From the NCBI GenBank assembly GCA_024704765.1, contig JAKMXF010000003.1, positions 62,001 to 126,000 of the forward strand: a stretch of 64,000 nt of DNA, in the 5' to 3' direction. Origin of the DNA: Oopsacas minuta (Eukaryota > Animalia > Porifera). Shown here one piece after another: positions 1-11,115 of this stretch. The notes under the pieces were generated by a model. That model was given only the letters and a program-made list of their open reading frames with translations, did not search any database and was not told the DNA's origin. Both the position numbers and the translations under genes were made by a program. Within the stretch, counting starts at the first letter, position 1. Every line of letters starts with the position of its first letter.

Positions 1-266
1 TATGCCACCTAATTGGAAAACTTGTGGAATTCATTGTTAATTTCAAACCATAATTATAAGAATTAGGAATACATATATTATCACGTGAAGGGTATAAAAC
101 GGAAAACTTGACGTCTTCATATATATACAACTATTTCTTCAAACTTCATGGCATTATCGTTATAAATGTGGCATACATTGTGTCCATACGTGTACTACAG
201 CCACATTTGAACACTTGGGTAACCATTTTTACACTTATATATATGTTTTAGGTGAACAGTTTTCAG

Positions 267-2288
267 ATGACATTCACACGATTTGGTGGTCAAGATTACA
301 ACGCTTTAAAAAAGCAAACTCGACAAACAAATACATTATTCGAAGATCCCACTTTTGGAGCGGTGGAGAGTTCCCTCTACCCTTGCGCCTCAAATGAGAA
401 GCGGGACGTAGTTTGGAAACGGCCAGGAGAGATCACAGATAACCCGCGCTTATTCGTGGACGGTACTGATAGTGATGACGTCATTCAGGGGTGTCTAGGT
501 AACTGTTGGTTCGCGGCAGCTTTGGCAACTTTAGCCAAAAATAAAAAATTGTTGGATTTGGTGATTCCTAACATAAAACATCAGGAATGGGTGCATTCCA
601 CTGAGGCGACAGTTGATGGGGAGTCTAAGATACAAGTAACACCTCGTTATGGCGGTATTTTTAAGTTCAGGTTCTGGAGGATGGGAGGTTGGATAGAAGT
701 AATTGTTGATGATCGTCTTCCAGTTGTCGATGGTAAACTCATTTACATTCATAGTCGTGAGGAAAATGAATTCTGGAGTGCATTAGTTGAAAAGGCGTAT
801 GCCAAATTGAATAGTTGCTACGAGTCCTTGCGTACTGGATCCCCGGGTGAAGCCCTTGTAGATTTTACTGGAGGCATAAATGAAACTATAAAACTTCCTG
901 ATAGTATTTCGCCAAAGGAATTGGATATTATATTCCAAAAGTTGATTGATGTACAGAAAAACCATGCATTAATAGTAGCATCCATTCATGACCCTGATGG
1001 CGAACAAAAAACGCTCCCGCAAGGTCTAGTGACTGGACACACGTACTCTCTAACAAATATCCATGACATGAGGTTAAATAGAGGACTGTTTGCCATTTTC
1101 AAAAGGGAGCGCATGGCAATGATCCGATTACGTAACCCATGGGGGGAGTTAGAGTGGACCGGTCCATGGTCTGATGGGTCTGAAGAGTGGACTAAGATTC
1201 CAGAAACGGAGAAAAATGACATGGGTCTAGTTTTCACGGACGATGGTGAATTTTGGATGGAAATGACTGATTTTGTCCAGTTTTTCAGTTCAATCGATAT
1301 TTGCGAAGTTTTTAACACTAACATTTTCAATTTTTCGAAAACTTGGGTAGAATTTTCGACAGCTGGACAATGGAATCAGCGCTCTGCAGGTGGTGGAATG
1401 GCGCACGATAGTTTTGTAACTAACCCACAATATTTGATTTCGATAAAGCATAATAAAGGAAGAGAAGGGAACGTTGATTTCGTCTGCCACTTGACTCAAC
1501 AACCTTGGCTGACCAAGGAACCCGATGATATTGCTTCCCCTGCCAGAGCTCCAGGAGAGAGCGTCGAAGCAAGTGAAGGTACTCAACTTATAGTACAAGG
1601 GCCTGCCCAAAAGATCAGCCACTACCCAATAGGCATAACTTTGATTCGCGCCGAGCACAACAGGGAATACCGTATGCACAAGAAACGCGAGCCAATTGAA
1701 ACTACAGTATATTTCAATAGTAGGGATACGTTTACCAAAGTCACGCTCCATGAGGGCAAATACATTATGATCCCAAATACCTCTGAACCTGGTCAAACTG
1801 GTGATTATTTCCTTCGCTCCTTTTCTGACCGAAAAATCGTTATAACTGAACTAGTGAGACATCATCCTATTGGCATTTGGTATAAATGTATTTCACAACC
1901 ACAATTCACGGTACTTGTTGACTTAGAAAAGGCAGAAGGGCTTCTCAAACAGGATCAAATCGGCGGTGCAGATCCCTATTGCATTCTTACCCTAGGCAAA
2001 CAGAAAAGTAGAAGTCATTTCATCAACGATACGGTAGATCCACAATGGAATTCGCAGTTTATTTTCTACACAGCCAATAGGGGTGATAACCTCAGGATTC
2101 GTGTTTGGAATAAAAACGTCTTGAAGGACGATTTCATGGGTCAAATCATCATAGCTCTCCCTGGCCCCCAGGATGCTGACGGACGAAGGTATTGTCGTGA
2201 ACTTGTCATGAAAGATGGGTCGCATCCTCAAAATATGGGGACGTTAAGTTTTGTGGTCCGTGTGTACAACGATGTGAGAGAACTGTGA
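267..2288 (+). CDS. CAPN5: Calpain-5/TRA-3 type cysteine protease (CysPc + domain III + C-terminal C2 domain), single exon
   Basis: Catalytic triad motifs QGCLGNCWF, GHTYS and RNPWG are intact. The C-terminus is a C2-type domain (ADPYC...DTVDPQWN...DDFMG), not EF-hands. First ATG is at 267 (MTFTRFGGQDYNALK aligns with the CAPN5 N-terminus); the ORF-track start at 252 is GTG. Confidence 0.93.
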   Translation: MTFTRFGGQDYNALKKQTRQTNTLFEDPTFGAVESSLYPCASNEKRDVVWKRPGEITDNPRLFVDGTDSDDVIQGCLGNCWFAAALATLAKNKKLLDLVIPNIKHQEWVHSTEATVDGESKIQVTPRYGGIFKFRFWRMGGWIEVIVDDRLPVVDGKLIYIHSREENEFWSALVEKAYAKLNSCYESLRTGSPGEALVDFTGGINETIKLPDSISPKELDIIFQKLIDVQKNHALIVASIHDPDGEQKTLPQGLVTGHTYSLTNIHDMRLNRGLFAIFKRERMAMIRLRNPWGELEWTGPWSDGSEEWTKIPETEKNDMGLVFTDDGEFWMEMTDFVQFFSSIDICEVFNTNIFNFSKTWVEFSTAGQWNQRSAGGGMAHDSFVTNPQYLISIKHNKGREGNVDFVCHLTQQPWLTKEPDDIASPARAPGESVEASEGTQLIVQGPAQKISHYPIGITLIRAEHNREYRMHKKREPIETTVYFNSRDTFTKVTLHEGKYIMIPNTSEPGQTGDYFLRSFSDRKIVITELVRHHPIGIWYKCISQPQFTVLVDLEKAEGLLKQDQIGGADPYCILTLGKQKSRSHFINDTVDPQWNSQFIFYTANRGDNLRIRVWNKNVLKDDFMGQIIIALPGPQDADGRRYCRELVMKDGSHPQNMGTLSFVVRVYNDVREL

Positions 2289-2508
2289 AAATTGTATTTA
2301 TATATTTTCCTAAACTTTCCCCACGGTACATATTGTATTTAGTTTTGCGTAGATTTGTAATATAATGTGTATTCTGCAAATATTTATCTTTTAGATAAAT
2401 TATTTTTTCGGGGCTATTTAGAATTTCGGGATAAAGCCCTGCAAGGATGTCCATAATATTCAAAAGAATATATTTCATTTTTATAAACTTAGCAACGGAA
2501 TGTGACGA

Positions 2509-2901
2509 ATGGCATCTGCCCATGAGCAAGATAGTGTCCCCCTGATGAAAAACAAAAAATTGGATGATTCCGACTCTGATTCTGATTGGTCAGAGGTAGA
2601 ACACGACGGTTACGGAGATGAGGAATGTTTGTGCCTATTTTGTGAATTGGCGGGGGATTCAGCTAATCAGATTCTCGCCCACATAACACAAGAACATGGC
2701 ATTGATTTGCAGGAATTTATTAAAACACGGGGGCTTCGTTTTCATGACGTCATTCGAATGATTAATTATATCAGAGAGAATAAAATAGGCGCCAAAGATT
2801 TGGTACTAACTGAAACACCATATGAGTGGGAATATGATAAATATTATCCTGCATTCCTGAAGGATGATCCGTTGTTAACGTATGATTTTGGAGCGCCATA
2901 A
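2509..2901 (+). CDS. Stand-alone PRMT3 N-terminal-type C2H2 zinc finger protein (130 aa, no methyltransferase domain)
   Basis: Acidic N-terminus, then CLFC...HITQEH, then IRMINYIR...W...Y...LKDDPLLTYD. This mirrors the PRMT3 N-terminal region (CLFC...HCKSEH...IKLINFIR...LEDDLLLQFD). Stop at 2899-2901; no methyltransferase coding sequence before RPL35. Confidence 0.75.
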   Translation: MASAHEQDSVPLMKNKKLDDSDSDSDWSEVEHDGYGDEECLCLFCELAGDSANQILAHITQEHGIDLQEFIKTRGLRFHDVIRMINYIRENKIGAKDLVLTETPYEWEYDKYYPAFLKDDPLLTYDFGAP

Positions 2902-2947
2902 CACTTGATATCTTTGATTTATATTTCCTATTACCAGCTGTTATATA

Positions 2948-3165
2948 CAGTTAAACCTCGCCAATACGAACACCAATAGATGATCAAAATGTGTCAGTAT
3001 TCACTGGAGTAATACCAATTGAATAACCATTGTGATTTTGTGTAAATAGTTATTCGTCTTGGACCCCTGTTTATCCGTTTAGAGCAAGCCTGTATGTATA
3101 TTTTGAAAATTTGGATAATTTGCTTAAGTTCGTATTAACCGTGTTCGTATTAGCGAGTACAAGTG
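2948..3165. mobile_element. Tc1/pogo-type MITE
   Basis: Imperfect TIRs CAGTTAAACCTCGCCAATACGAACAC / GTGTTCGTATTAGCGAGTACAAGTG, TA on both sides, no coding capacity. Confidence 0.7.
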
Positions 3166-3211
3166 TATTCAATAATTATTCACATAAATAATAGAATAAT
3201 TTGGTTTCGAA

Positions 3212-3589
3212 ATGTCTAAAACGAAGGCCAAAGACCTCAGAGAAGTGAAAAATAGGAAAGATCTCCTGAACCAGCTTGATGAACTGAAGAAAGAGCTTAT
3301 AACTCTAAAGGTTAGTAAAGCGACTGGCAGCACTGGAAGCAAGCCGGCTAAAATAAAAATAATCCGTCGATCAATCGCCCGTATTTTGACAGTCCTGAAT
3401 GCAAAAGAGAGACAAGAACTGAAGAAATATTACAGCAAAAAGAAGTATAAACCATTGGACATGCGCCCTAAATTAACCAGAGCGATCCGTCGACAATTGT
3501 CTAAGAGTGAGAAAAAGAAAAAAACTCTTCGACAAGTAAAGAAAGAAAGACATTTCCCGATGAGGAAGTTTGCTATTAAAACGAAGTAG
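3212..3589 (+). CDS. RPL35: 60S ribosomal protein L35 (uL29)
   Basis: KAKDLRE...LLNQLDELKKEL..LKVSKATG, IARILTV, KKYKPLDMRPKLTRAIRR, FPMRKFAIK. Confidence 0.97.
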   Translation: MSKTKAKDLREVKNRKDLLNQLDELKKELITLKVSKATGSTGSKPAKIKIIRRSIARILTVLNAKERQELKKYYSKKKYKPLDMRPKLTRAIRRQLSKSEKKKKTLRQVKKERHFPMRKFAIKTK

Positions 3590-4204
3590 AAATTTGTAGA
3601 CTTTAGTGATTATTAGTCTATTGTTGTTATTGTTAGCTGGTAGATAGAATTGTTTACTTAGTTTTATTGTCACTTTGGTTTTTTTGGGTCAACTGTTTTG
3701 AAATATCGTTTAGCTGTGTGTGTGTGTGTGTGTGTTTGTTTGTTTATCTATTTATTTGCCTGTCTGTTTGTGTGTGTGTGTTTGTTGTTTGTTTGTTTAT
3801 TTGTATGTTTATTTACTCCAGTCCATATTATGTAAATCTACTCTACACCTCAATTATTCACATTTCCACCTTTCTATAATTAGATCATGATGTGGCATAT
3901 AATCTATCAACTCAGTATTGAACTTTCTCAAGAGGTAGTATGTTTGTTTATTATTGACAGATTATATAAACAAATATACAAGTACAGAAGTATCTTCAAA
4001 ATCGTACAGACCTATACTTACATATTCTCTTACTATTTGTTTGTATTTGTTTTGTATTTATTCTCTTATAAATACAGAAATCGCCCGCCAATATTTATCA
4101 CAACATATTTATTGATGTGCTTCACTCTTTTTTTATACCAAAAAGGTGTAAATAACCCAAATAAACAAACAAATAAACAAATAAAACCGCGTAAAAGTAC
4201 TATT

Positions 4205-5995
4205 ATGACATCAACACAATTTCAACCAATTAAATACGAATATTCTCCTCATTCACACTTACAACAAACACAATTCCAAAGTTTCTATCATTCAACACCA
4301 AAAGAATTACAATCACCCAATCTGGTTGTTAGGGAAAATGATAAGTTATGTCCCTCTCCCAAACAAGAAAATAATAAAAATTCCAACAAGAATTCTCCAA
4401 TTATTTCACCGACAATCCCTCACAGTAAAATCAGTTATAATCAAACCATCGATAAAAGTCACCCAACAGTCAAATTGACCGCAAATAATGAAATTCCAAT
4501 GTCCCCTATCGTTGTTACGAAGAGTATATGTTCACCCACGAAAGGCTATCCTATACATATACATCCAAATTATACGGGTGTCACTTCTCCAAATTCAAAA
4601 GTGGCTCAGAGAATTACAGATAATGCCGACACTATTTTGGCACCTAAGACCACTCCAGAGGCGATTAAACTGAGAACATTTTCAACTGGCACTTCCACTT
4701 TTAACTTTTGGACAAATCAGATCATGCGACATATTATCACACCTTTTTCGCCAGCCAATCAGAAACGAACAGATGGTCCATGTGGCTTGAGAAATACCGG
4801 AAATATTTGTTTCATGAATTCGATTTTACAAAGTTTCATTTCTCTCCCACTTTTCAAATCTCGCCTTTTATACTTTTCCAAGAAAGGCCTACAAAATTTT
4901 GGCGCCTATTCCCGCCTAATTGAGTCTTTGACTTGTTATATGCTCGATCCTGATTCGCTAGTCCACGACCCAACAAATATAATTCGGCAAATATGCATAC
5001 ACACTCCAAATCTATTGGCTAATCCAGATCACTACATAGTTATGCAATCTCAACAAGACGCGGGAGAATTCTTTCTATCCCTAATTGAATTATTAAACAC
5101 AGCATTCCAGACATACCTCGTACCAGATTTGGTTGCTAGGGAAGTTACTGATAAAGCTATCCAAATGTACGCGTTACCTAATAATTTAGATTTTTCAGAT
5201 TTGAATATTTTAAGTGAAGTTAAAAACTTGGCTTTGAAGAATTTGGAAAATGCTATTGTGAGTAAAGGTGAGACGTACACGGACGATTTAGCGATACTGG
5301 CCGGTCTGGAATGGGGAATTTATGCACAGACACATTCGACACCTCTATATGAACTATTTATCGGTCAATTAGTAGAGGCTAGATATTGTATGTCGTGTCA
5401 AGGAATTTCTTTAAATTTAGAAACATTTACTTTACTTCCATTGTCAATTCCAGACTCGGATAAACTCCCTCAAGCAATTGAGGAGATTCTAGAAAAGTTT
5501 TCTAGAATAGAAGGATTGTTAGGCAGAGAGAAATTACGATGTACTCGTTGTGAAGGCGCTATTAATGGTTCTGGATTAAACTCACAAACAAGTAACGGGC
5601 TACAAGACGCACAACGAAGGGCACTCATAACAAAACTCCCAGAATTTTTGGTTATACAACTTTCAAGATTCCACTTCGATCCTATTCTAAAATTCCCTTA
5701 CAAAAATAACAAACAAATTTCTTTTCCATTAAAGAACCTTGACATGTCTCAAGTATATTACGAAAGTGTTGTAAACACAGCTGGACAAAGTCATCTTTAC
5801 GAATTGAAATCTGTTGTAGTACATTCCAATGGTTCAACTGCGTTGTCAGGGCATTATGTCGCGTATACTAAAATTAGCAACAGATGGTATATGTGTAATG
5901 ATAGCATTGTAACAGCTGTGGATATGGAATATGAGAAGTCAACCAAACAGATTCTTGAAAATGCGTATATTCTTTTCTATGGTAAACAAATTTAA
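4205..5995 (+). CDS. Ubiquitin-specific protease (peptidase C19, USP2/8/21-like), single exon
   Basis: Cys box GLRNTGNICFMNSILQ, QQDAGEF, two CxxC Zn-ribbon pairs, His box SGHYVAY and WYMCNDS. Likely start MTSTQ at 4205; the ORF extension 3887-4204 is low-complexity UTR-like sequence. Confidence 0.9.
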   Translation: MTSTQFQPIKYEYSPHSHLQQTQFQSFYHSTPKELQSPNLVVRENDKLCPSPKQENNKNSNKNSPIISPTIPHSKISYNQTIDKSHPTVKLTANNEIPMSPIVVTKSICSPTKGYPIHIHPNYTGVTSPNSKVAQRITDNADTILAPKTTPEAIKLRTFSTGTSTFNFWTNQIMRHIITPFSPANQKRTDGPCGLRNTGNICFMNSILQSFISLPLFKSRLLYFSKKGLQNFGAYSRLIESLTCYMLDPDSLVHDPTNIIRQICIHTPNLLANPDHYIVMQSQQDAGEFFLSLIELLNTAFQTYLVPDLVAREVTDKAIQMYALPNNLDFSDLNILSEVKNLALKNLENAIVSKGETYTDDLAILAGLEWGIYAQTHSTPLYELFIGQLVEARYCMSCQGISLNLETFTLLPLSIPDSDKLPQAIEEILEKFSRIEGLLGREKLRCTRCEGAINGSGLNSQTSNGLQDAQRRALITKLPEFLVIQLSRFHFDPILKFPYKNNKQISFPLKNLDMSQVYYESVVNTAGQSHLYELKSVVVHSNGSTALSGHYVAYTKISNRWYMCNDSIVTAVDMEYEKSTKQILENAYILFYGKQI

Positions 5996-6472
5996 AATTT
6001 GTTATTGTTTTCTTTAATCATATAACGAATTCATTTTTGTTTTTGTTGATTTTTTGGGTATTTTTTTAGGGTTCCTATTAGGGACTAAGGTAAAGAATTT
6101 GTCACCTTTCAATAACCTCACTCCCGGGGCGTGTTAAGGGGTCAAATCCATAAGTATGGTGTGTGGATCCCTATCTTCATACATGGGCCAAAGTTTCTTA
6201 TCAAACCTCTTCCTTTAATCCGTCTATACAGACTTGTTTCCTGACCTCCAAATTATTTATACTAAAAAGTTCACACAATAGACTCGCATAATAGAGCTAG
6301 CGATTAATCGGGTCCTGTGACCAGAAACAGAACCATACAAATAGCGTCAAATTCCTGCGATTAATCGTGTCTATAGGGCCTCTGGGGGTCCCGATGTGAC
6401 CATATTTAGGGGAGTCTAGTGAATTCGAGAAATGTCAACAGCACATACTTAATGGAATTATTCTTAGTTACG

Positions 6473-7135
6473 ATGGCTGATATTAAAATCAGATTATTCA
6501 TAACACGTCATGGGATAACACTAGAAAACAAACTCCACATTTTACAAGGACAAATAGATACAGAACTTGACGAAGAAGGAGTTTCACAGTCTAAACATCT
6601 TGGTATTCGTTTCACCGATCACAAATTTGATTTTATCTATTGTAGTCCTCTTCTACGTACGTTGCATACAATCAAATTGGCGCTTGAAAATATGAAATAT
6701 AAAACAGAACCAATTTTAGATGATCGCTTGAAAGAGCGAGGATTTGGAAGTTGGGAGGGTAAGAAGAAGGAAGAGCGTGTAGGACCCCGTCCAAGCGATG
6801 AGGAGTCGATCGAGTCGGTTGAGAAAAGAGTTTCAAGTTTTTTTCATGATCTTGGTTCCAGTTTAATCGGTCAAATTCCATTGAAATTAGATGAATCACA
6901 AAAACACATTCCAAATATACTTTTAGTTTCCCACGGAGCTACGATAAGTTGTATGGAACGATTGCTAGCAAGTTTAGGCGCCATAACTATGCACGAAGAT
7001 AGACCTTTGTATAATACATGCGTGAGTGAATATGAAATATTATTAGACAAAAAGGGAGTAATGAAAGGTGCGAAGTGTTATGTCAGTCGTGATGTTTCGC
7101 ATTTAGGAGGTTTTGTTCTTAAATGGCATAAATAG
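6473..7135 (+). CDS. TIGAR: Histidine phosphatase superfamily, TIGAR-like fructose-2,6-bisphosphatase
   Basis: RHG motif (FITRHGITLEN..ILQGQ.D..L), CSPLLRT, RLKERGFGSWEG, LLVSHG. ATG at 6473. Confidence 0.8.
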   Translation: MADIKIRLFITRHGITLENKLHILQGQIDTELDEEGVSQSKHLGIRFTDHKFDFIYCSPLLRTLHTIKLALENMKYKTEPILDDRLKERGFGSWEGKKKEERVGPRPSDEESIESVEKRVSSFFHDLGSSLIGQIPLKLDESQKHIPNILLVSHGATISCMERLLASLGAITMHEDRPLYNTCVSEYEILLDKKGVMKGAKCYVSRDVSHLGGFVLKWHK

Positions 7136-7763
7136 TAAAAGTATTTTTGAATATTTGTTTATTTGTTTATTCGTGTTTATATATTCGTGTTTGTAAATAT
7201 TTATTTATTTGTGTTTGTTTGTATATATTTATTCAATTTCTACTCATTCAAATAGGAAATCTGTGATTAATATTATTTCTGCCAATTATTGGTGGCTCAG
7301 CCACTTTGAATTGTTAAATCTTGGAAACTTTAATTCTGTTTTTTATACTCAAAATTGGAAAAATGAAATTCAGAGTAACTTCTTCCCAAAAAATTGTGTC
7401 TCAAAACGAATTATCACACCTCAAATACAAAATATCAAATGTGACAAACGAATAATTTCCATAAGAATAGTTAAGATATTCTAATTATAGATTACACAAA
7501 TAGGAACTAATAGCTAATACAGCATAGCAACTAATTCTATAAAAGGAATGTGGCTAGTTATAACTGGAACTAATTTACATATTGAAAGCTATCTGACCTA
7601 ACACATCCGTAATTCTGTGAGACAATAGTCTCGTGGTAGAGTTTAAGGAAATGTGATTAGTTGTAACTTTCTATTTCACCACTTAACACCTGAATAATTA
7701 ATGTATGAATTTGTATAAATACAATCTGTAAATGAGAATAATCATAAACAGAACAACAAACAA

Positions 7764-8927
7764 ATGGCCACCAAATACTCAGATGAAATTCCTACCAACC
7801 CTTTCGAACTAACGGAACAGATGATCCATTCCACCTTCGAGAAGGTTATTCGGATTGCGACAGAAAGAAAAGATCAGCTGCTTGTCCAGCTGTTCGATAT
7901 GAAGCAGGACTATCTAAGAAAGGAGAACACAAGAAAGAAACGAGTAGCAGACCTGGAGAAGATGATCAGACAATTCAATGAGACTTCTATTCAAGAGAAT
8001 GAAATAGTGAAGTTTCAAGGAGAACAGATGTTGCAAACAAAAGCTGAAATACAGAAATACGAAAAAGAAACGCCTGTCCCATTTCCTTCCTTCAATACTG
8101 AGGGTCTGGACGGTCTCCTAGAACAGCTGGAGAAGTTGGGGTCTATTCAGGCTACAGCTGTACCCTACAGAAACAAGACAGAGCCAATCAGAAGGATAGG
8201 AAAATATGGAAGAGAGAAAGGAGAGCTGAATTGCCCTATTGGACTAGCTCTAGATGGAGATAAGATCTATATAGCAGATACATTGAATAGTAGAATACAG
8301 ATCTTCTCTACAGAAGGTAAGTTCATTCAAGAATTTGGTAAAGGGGAGCTAGATAATCCATACGGTATAGCATTATATAAGGAATGGGTGTTTATAAGTG
8401 ATTGGGAACTTCATGCTATATTTAAATTCTCTAAAACAAATTACAAATTAATTAAAATTAAGACAGTTGTTAGTTACCCTCATGGTCTAACAACTGACAC
8501 AAATGGAGAAGTGTTAGTTGCAGATTCTAGTAATAATAGAATTGCAGTACTCAGCTCTGATTTAGAATATATTAGAGAAATAGGAAAAGACAAACTTATA
8601 AAACCGTGTGACGTCAAAATAAATAATAATAATATATTTGTAGCAGACAATAATGAGATTAATAATATACACATATTCTCTAAATCAGGTGATTTATTGA
8701 AAAGTTTCATAAAATTAGAAAATGGAAGAGGATATATTTCTCTGTGTTTTGATTTGTATAATAATATTATTATTAGCGATTATATGGGAAAATCAATTAA
8801 TATATTTACTAAAGATGGACAGCTGATACACAAAATTAAATGTAATTATCCTACAGGAATTATTGTTAATAATAACTTTGATATTATTTGTGCTAGTTTT
8901 AGTGATAATGTAATAAATATTTATTAA
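7764..8927 (+). CDS. Coiled-coil + NHL beta-propeller protein, array copy A (387 aa)
   Basis: TRIM-like coiled coil ([27 protein letters not shown]) followed by six NHL repeats (L.xP.G.a.d...i.vaD..N.RI..F). No RING, B-box or signal peptide. Intronless. Confidence 0.92.
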   Translation: MATKYSDEIPTNPFELTEQMIHSTFEKVIRIATERKDQLLVQLFDMKQDYLRKENTRKKRVADLEKMIRQFNETSIQENEIVKFQGEQMLQTKAEIQKYEKETPVPFPSFNTEGLDGLLEQLEKLGSIQATAVPYRNKTEPIRRIGKYGREKGELNCPIGLALDGDKIYIADTLNSRIQIFSTEGKFIQEFGKGELDNPYGIALYKEWVFISDWELHAIFKFSKTNYKLIKIKTVVSYPHGLTTDTNGEVLVADSSNNRIAVLSSDLEYIREIGKDKLIKPCDVKINNNNIFVADNNEINNIHIFSKSGDLLKSFIKLENGRGYISLCFDLYNNIIISDYMGKSINIFTKDGQLIHKIKCNYPTGIIVNNNFDIICASFSDNVINIY

Positions 8928-9042
8928 CTATATTGTTGTTGTTATTTACTTGTTTGTTTATTATTTATTAAATTATTATATTCACACTTGTCCTTTTCTA
9001 TAAATTAACATTCCTAACCGTTTCCACACGTGTACCCCTATA

Positions 9043-9340
9043 CTAATTATAACACATTATGTGTATCCTCCCATATTTGAGGTCCAGTGGACAACTTGTT
9101 GTCCTCCATGGTTCAGGTTGTAAACGGATGCCATATGGTATCAGAATTAAGATGGCTGTACTTAAGGAAGTAAGTTTGAATTCTAACCTCGTATGCGTCT
9201 TCAGAGGTGTCATAAAGTACTTCACTATCTGGAATTGGTTCCGGTTCCATTATCTGAACTGGAACTATAGGAGGAGGTGTTCGTATAGGTTCCTCAGGTT
9301 CTTGTGGTTGCATATCTGCCATTTTGGGAGGTGTTGCCAT
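9043..9340 (-). pseudogene. Pro/Glu-rich small ORF or orphan first exon (MADMQPQEPEEP...), frameshifted relative to its copy at 29697-29981
   Basis: Near-identical to 29697-29981. A 7-nt difference near 9120-9135 splits the reading frame here. A possible splice donor follows ...DAYE (GAG|GTTAG). Confidence 0.4.
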
Positions 9341-9626
9341 TTGAATTAATTTAGATGGAAGTGGTCTAGAAATACATATTGTTTGTTTGGTTGTGTGTTT
9401 GTTTGTTTGTTTGTTTGTTTGTTTGTTTGTTTGTTTGTTTGTTTGTTTGGTTGTTGTAGCAAAATATGAACACTCAAATTAGGTGTGAATTAGCTCATTC
9501 GAATATTATTCAATTCACCTCTCGGTCTAACTAATCACATCAAAAGTATTTTCTATTTTGTCGATTTTTTCTGATATTTTGAATTTGGTTAATTCTAATA
9601 ATTTTGTTAGCTTTATTTGAATCAAA

Positions 9627-9754
9627 NGAGTAATCTTGTCTGTCCATATGAATTCTTCCTAGCTTAGATCCGTGTATATTGTAACTCACATTCTTTAAAT
9701 GCCTTATCTGCCCAACTGTTGCTACCTTGATAGATTTCCTGAACAGTTTATCAT
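9627..9754 (-). pseudogene. Isolated exon fragment resembling the RPF2 (Brix domain) C-terminal region
   Basis: Reads (D)DKLFRKSIKVATVGQIRHLKNVSYNIHGSKLGRIHMDRQDYS after an AG acceptor; recalled RPF2 motif KNIS.D.FG..YGRIHM.KQD. Truncated at the junction with the array repeat block, where the sequence has a single N (9627). Confidence 0.55.
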
Positions 9755-10320
9755 CTGGTGGGTGCAGAATACAATCACAAACGCAGAAATGAGAATGAAT
9801 CTTTGGGATGTAACAGTGATGTTATATACATTGTATAAGAGGTGTGTCATTGTAATGATTGGTTTGTGTGGATATTTGATTTATAGTGATATTTATATGT
9901 GTATTATTTGATTTGTGCTTAGACTATATTTCATATGAATTAAGGTTAGCATCCAAAATTTATCATATATGGACAATCTAGAATTATAATTCCCTTGTAA
10001 AAGTACAATCGAAAGTATTTATACTACAAATAATTTGTATTTATGTTTAGTGGAATGTATATGTATCTACTTGCGGAATTGGCTTTCGATCCGAATTATT
10101 TAGAATAATTCAGTTGATGTCAGCACATGATTGTTCCACCCCGGACCCGTTATAGTAGACCATAACAAATCACTTTACCATTCTAAGCGTTCGCATGCGT
10201 TTACATAATCAGAGGTATTATAAAATTAATGTAATAACCCACTGTACAAATGGTCTCTCTAATTACTAGTGCCACTTTGAACAATGTAATTACTATTTTC
10301 GTTTCACAAACTGTACTCAT

Positions 10321-10504
10321 CAGGGTTTCATCCAGCTTTTCTGAACCATACGCCTAAAATGTTCGCATTCATATTTACGTGCGTCTCGAGTATACATTTA
10401 GTATTACGGTATGGGGTCTTCCGCGAATTTTGACACGCCTAGATCTATTTTTGCTGATATTTATGCGCCTGTAGGCGCGTGGCATACGCCTGGATGATAC
10501 CCTG
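10321..10504. mobile_element. hAT-type MITE (184 bp) with 8-bp target-site duplication
   Basis: TIRs CAGGGTTTCATCCAG / CTGGATGATACCCTG (one mismatch). GTACTCAT is present on both sides (10313-10320 and 10505-10512). Confidence 0.9.
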
Positions 10505-11115
10505 GTACTCATCATATTCTAATGTGGCCTATCATACAAAATTAAAAAAATTCTTTAATATAGAACCAAGAGTTATGATAATACTGATTATCTTACAACA
10601 ATAGCGAAATCAACAAATGTATAATTTCAAGCTTCCCTTTTACATCACTCTTCGTAACATCCATTGGCCAAAGTAGAAATATGCTGTATTATACATAATT
10701 ATATATAAGAAACTGTTGAATAGAACTTGAGTTTTATAAATATTGCAAAATGAATAGTTTCTAACCTTTAGTATAGTTATTCCATTAAATCCGAGGCAAT
10801 TATACACAATTAATAGTAAATACCTCACAATACTTCCTGGCTAATTCAGTAATATGCGGACATAGCACATCATCCAAGCCATTAGGGCATCTCCCTATTG
10901 GAGCCTCACTTGTAGTAAAATTTGGTACGCTAATGCAAATCAATAAGGGTGGATTGCGTTAAAATATGTATTATACTATAATACCATTAACAAGAATAAA
11001 ATATAATTTATGGAGCTGTTTCGTCTTGGAAAATCTCAAAATAAAAGCAATGAATAAATGTTAGCAAACATAACAGTCCTTCCTGTTTCTATACCATTAT
11101 CGATAATGATGAATA

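Noticed and set aside
3667-4204. ORF 3667-3879 and the N-terminal extension of the USP ORF
   Set aside because: Produced by TG/TTTG and AT-rich repeats in UTR or intergenic sequence.
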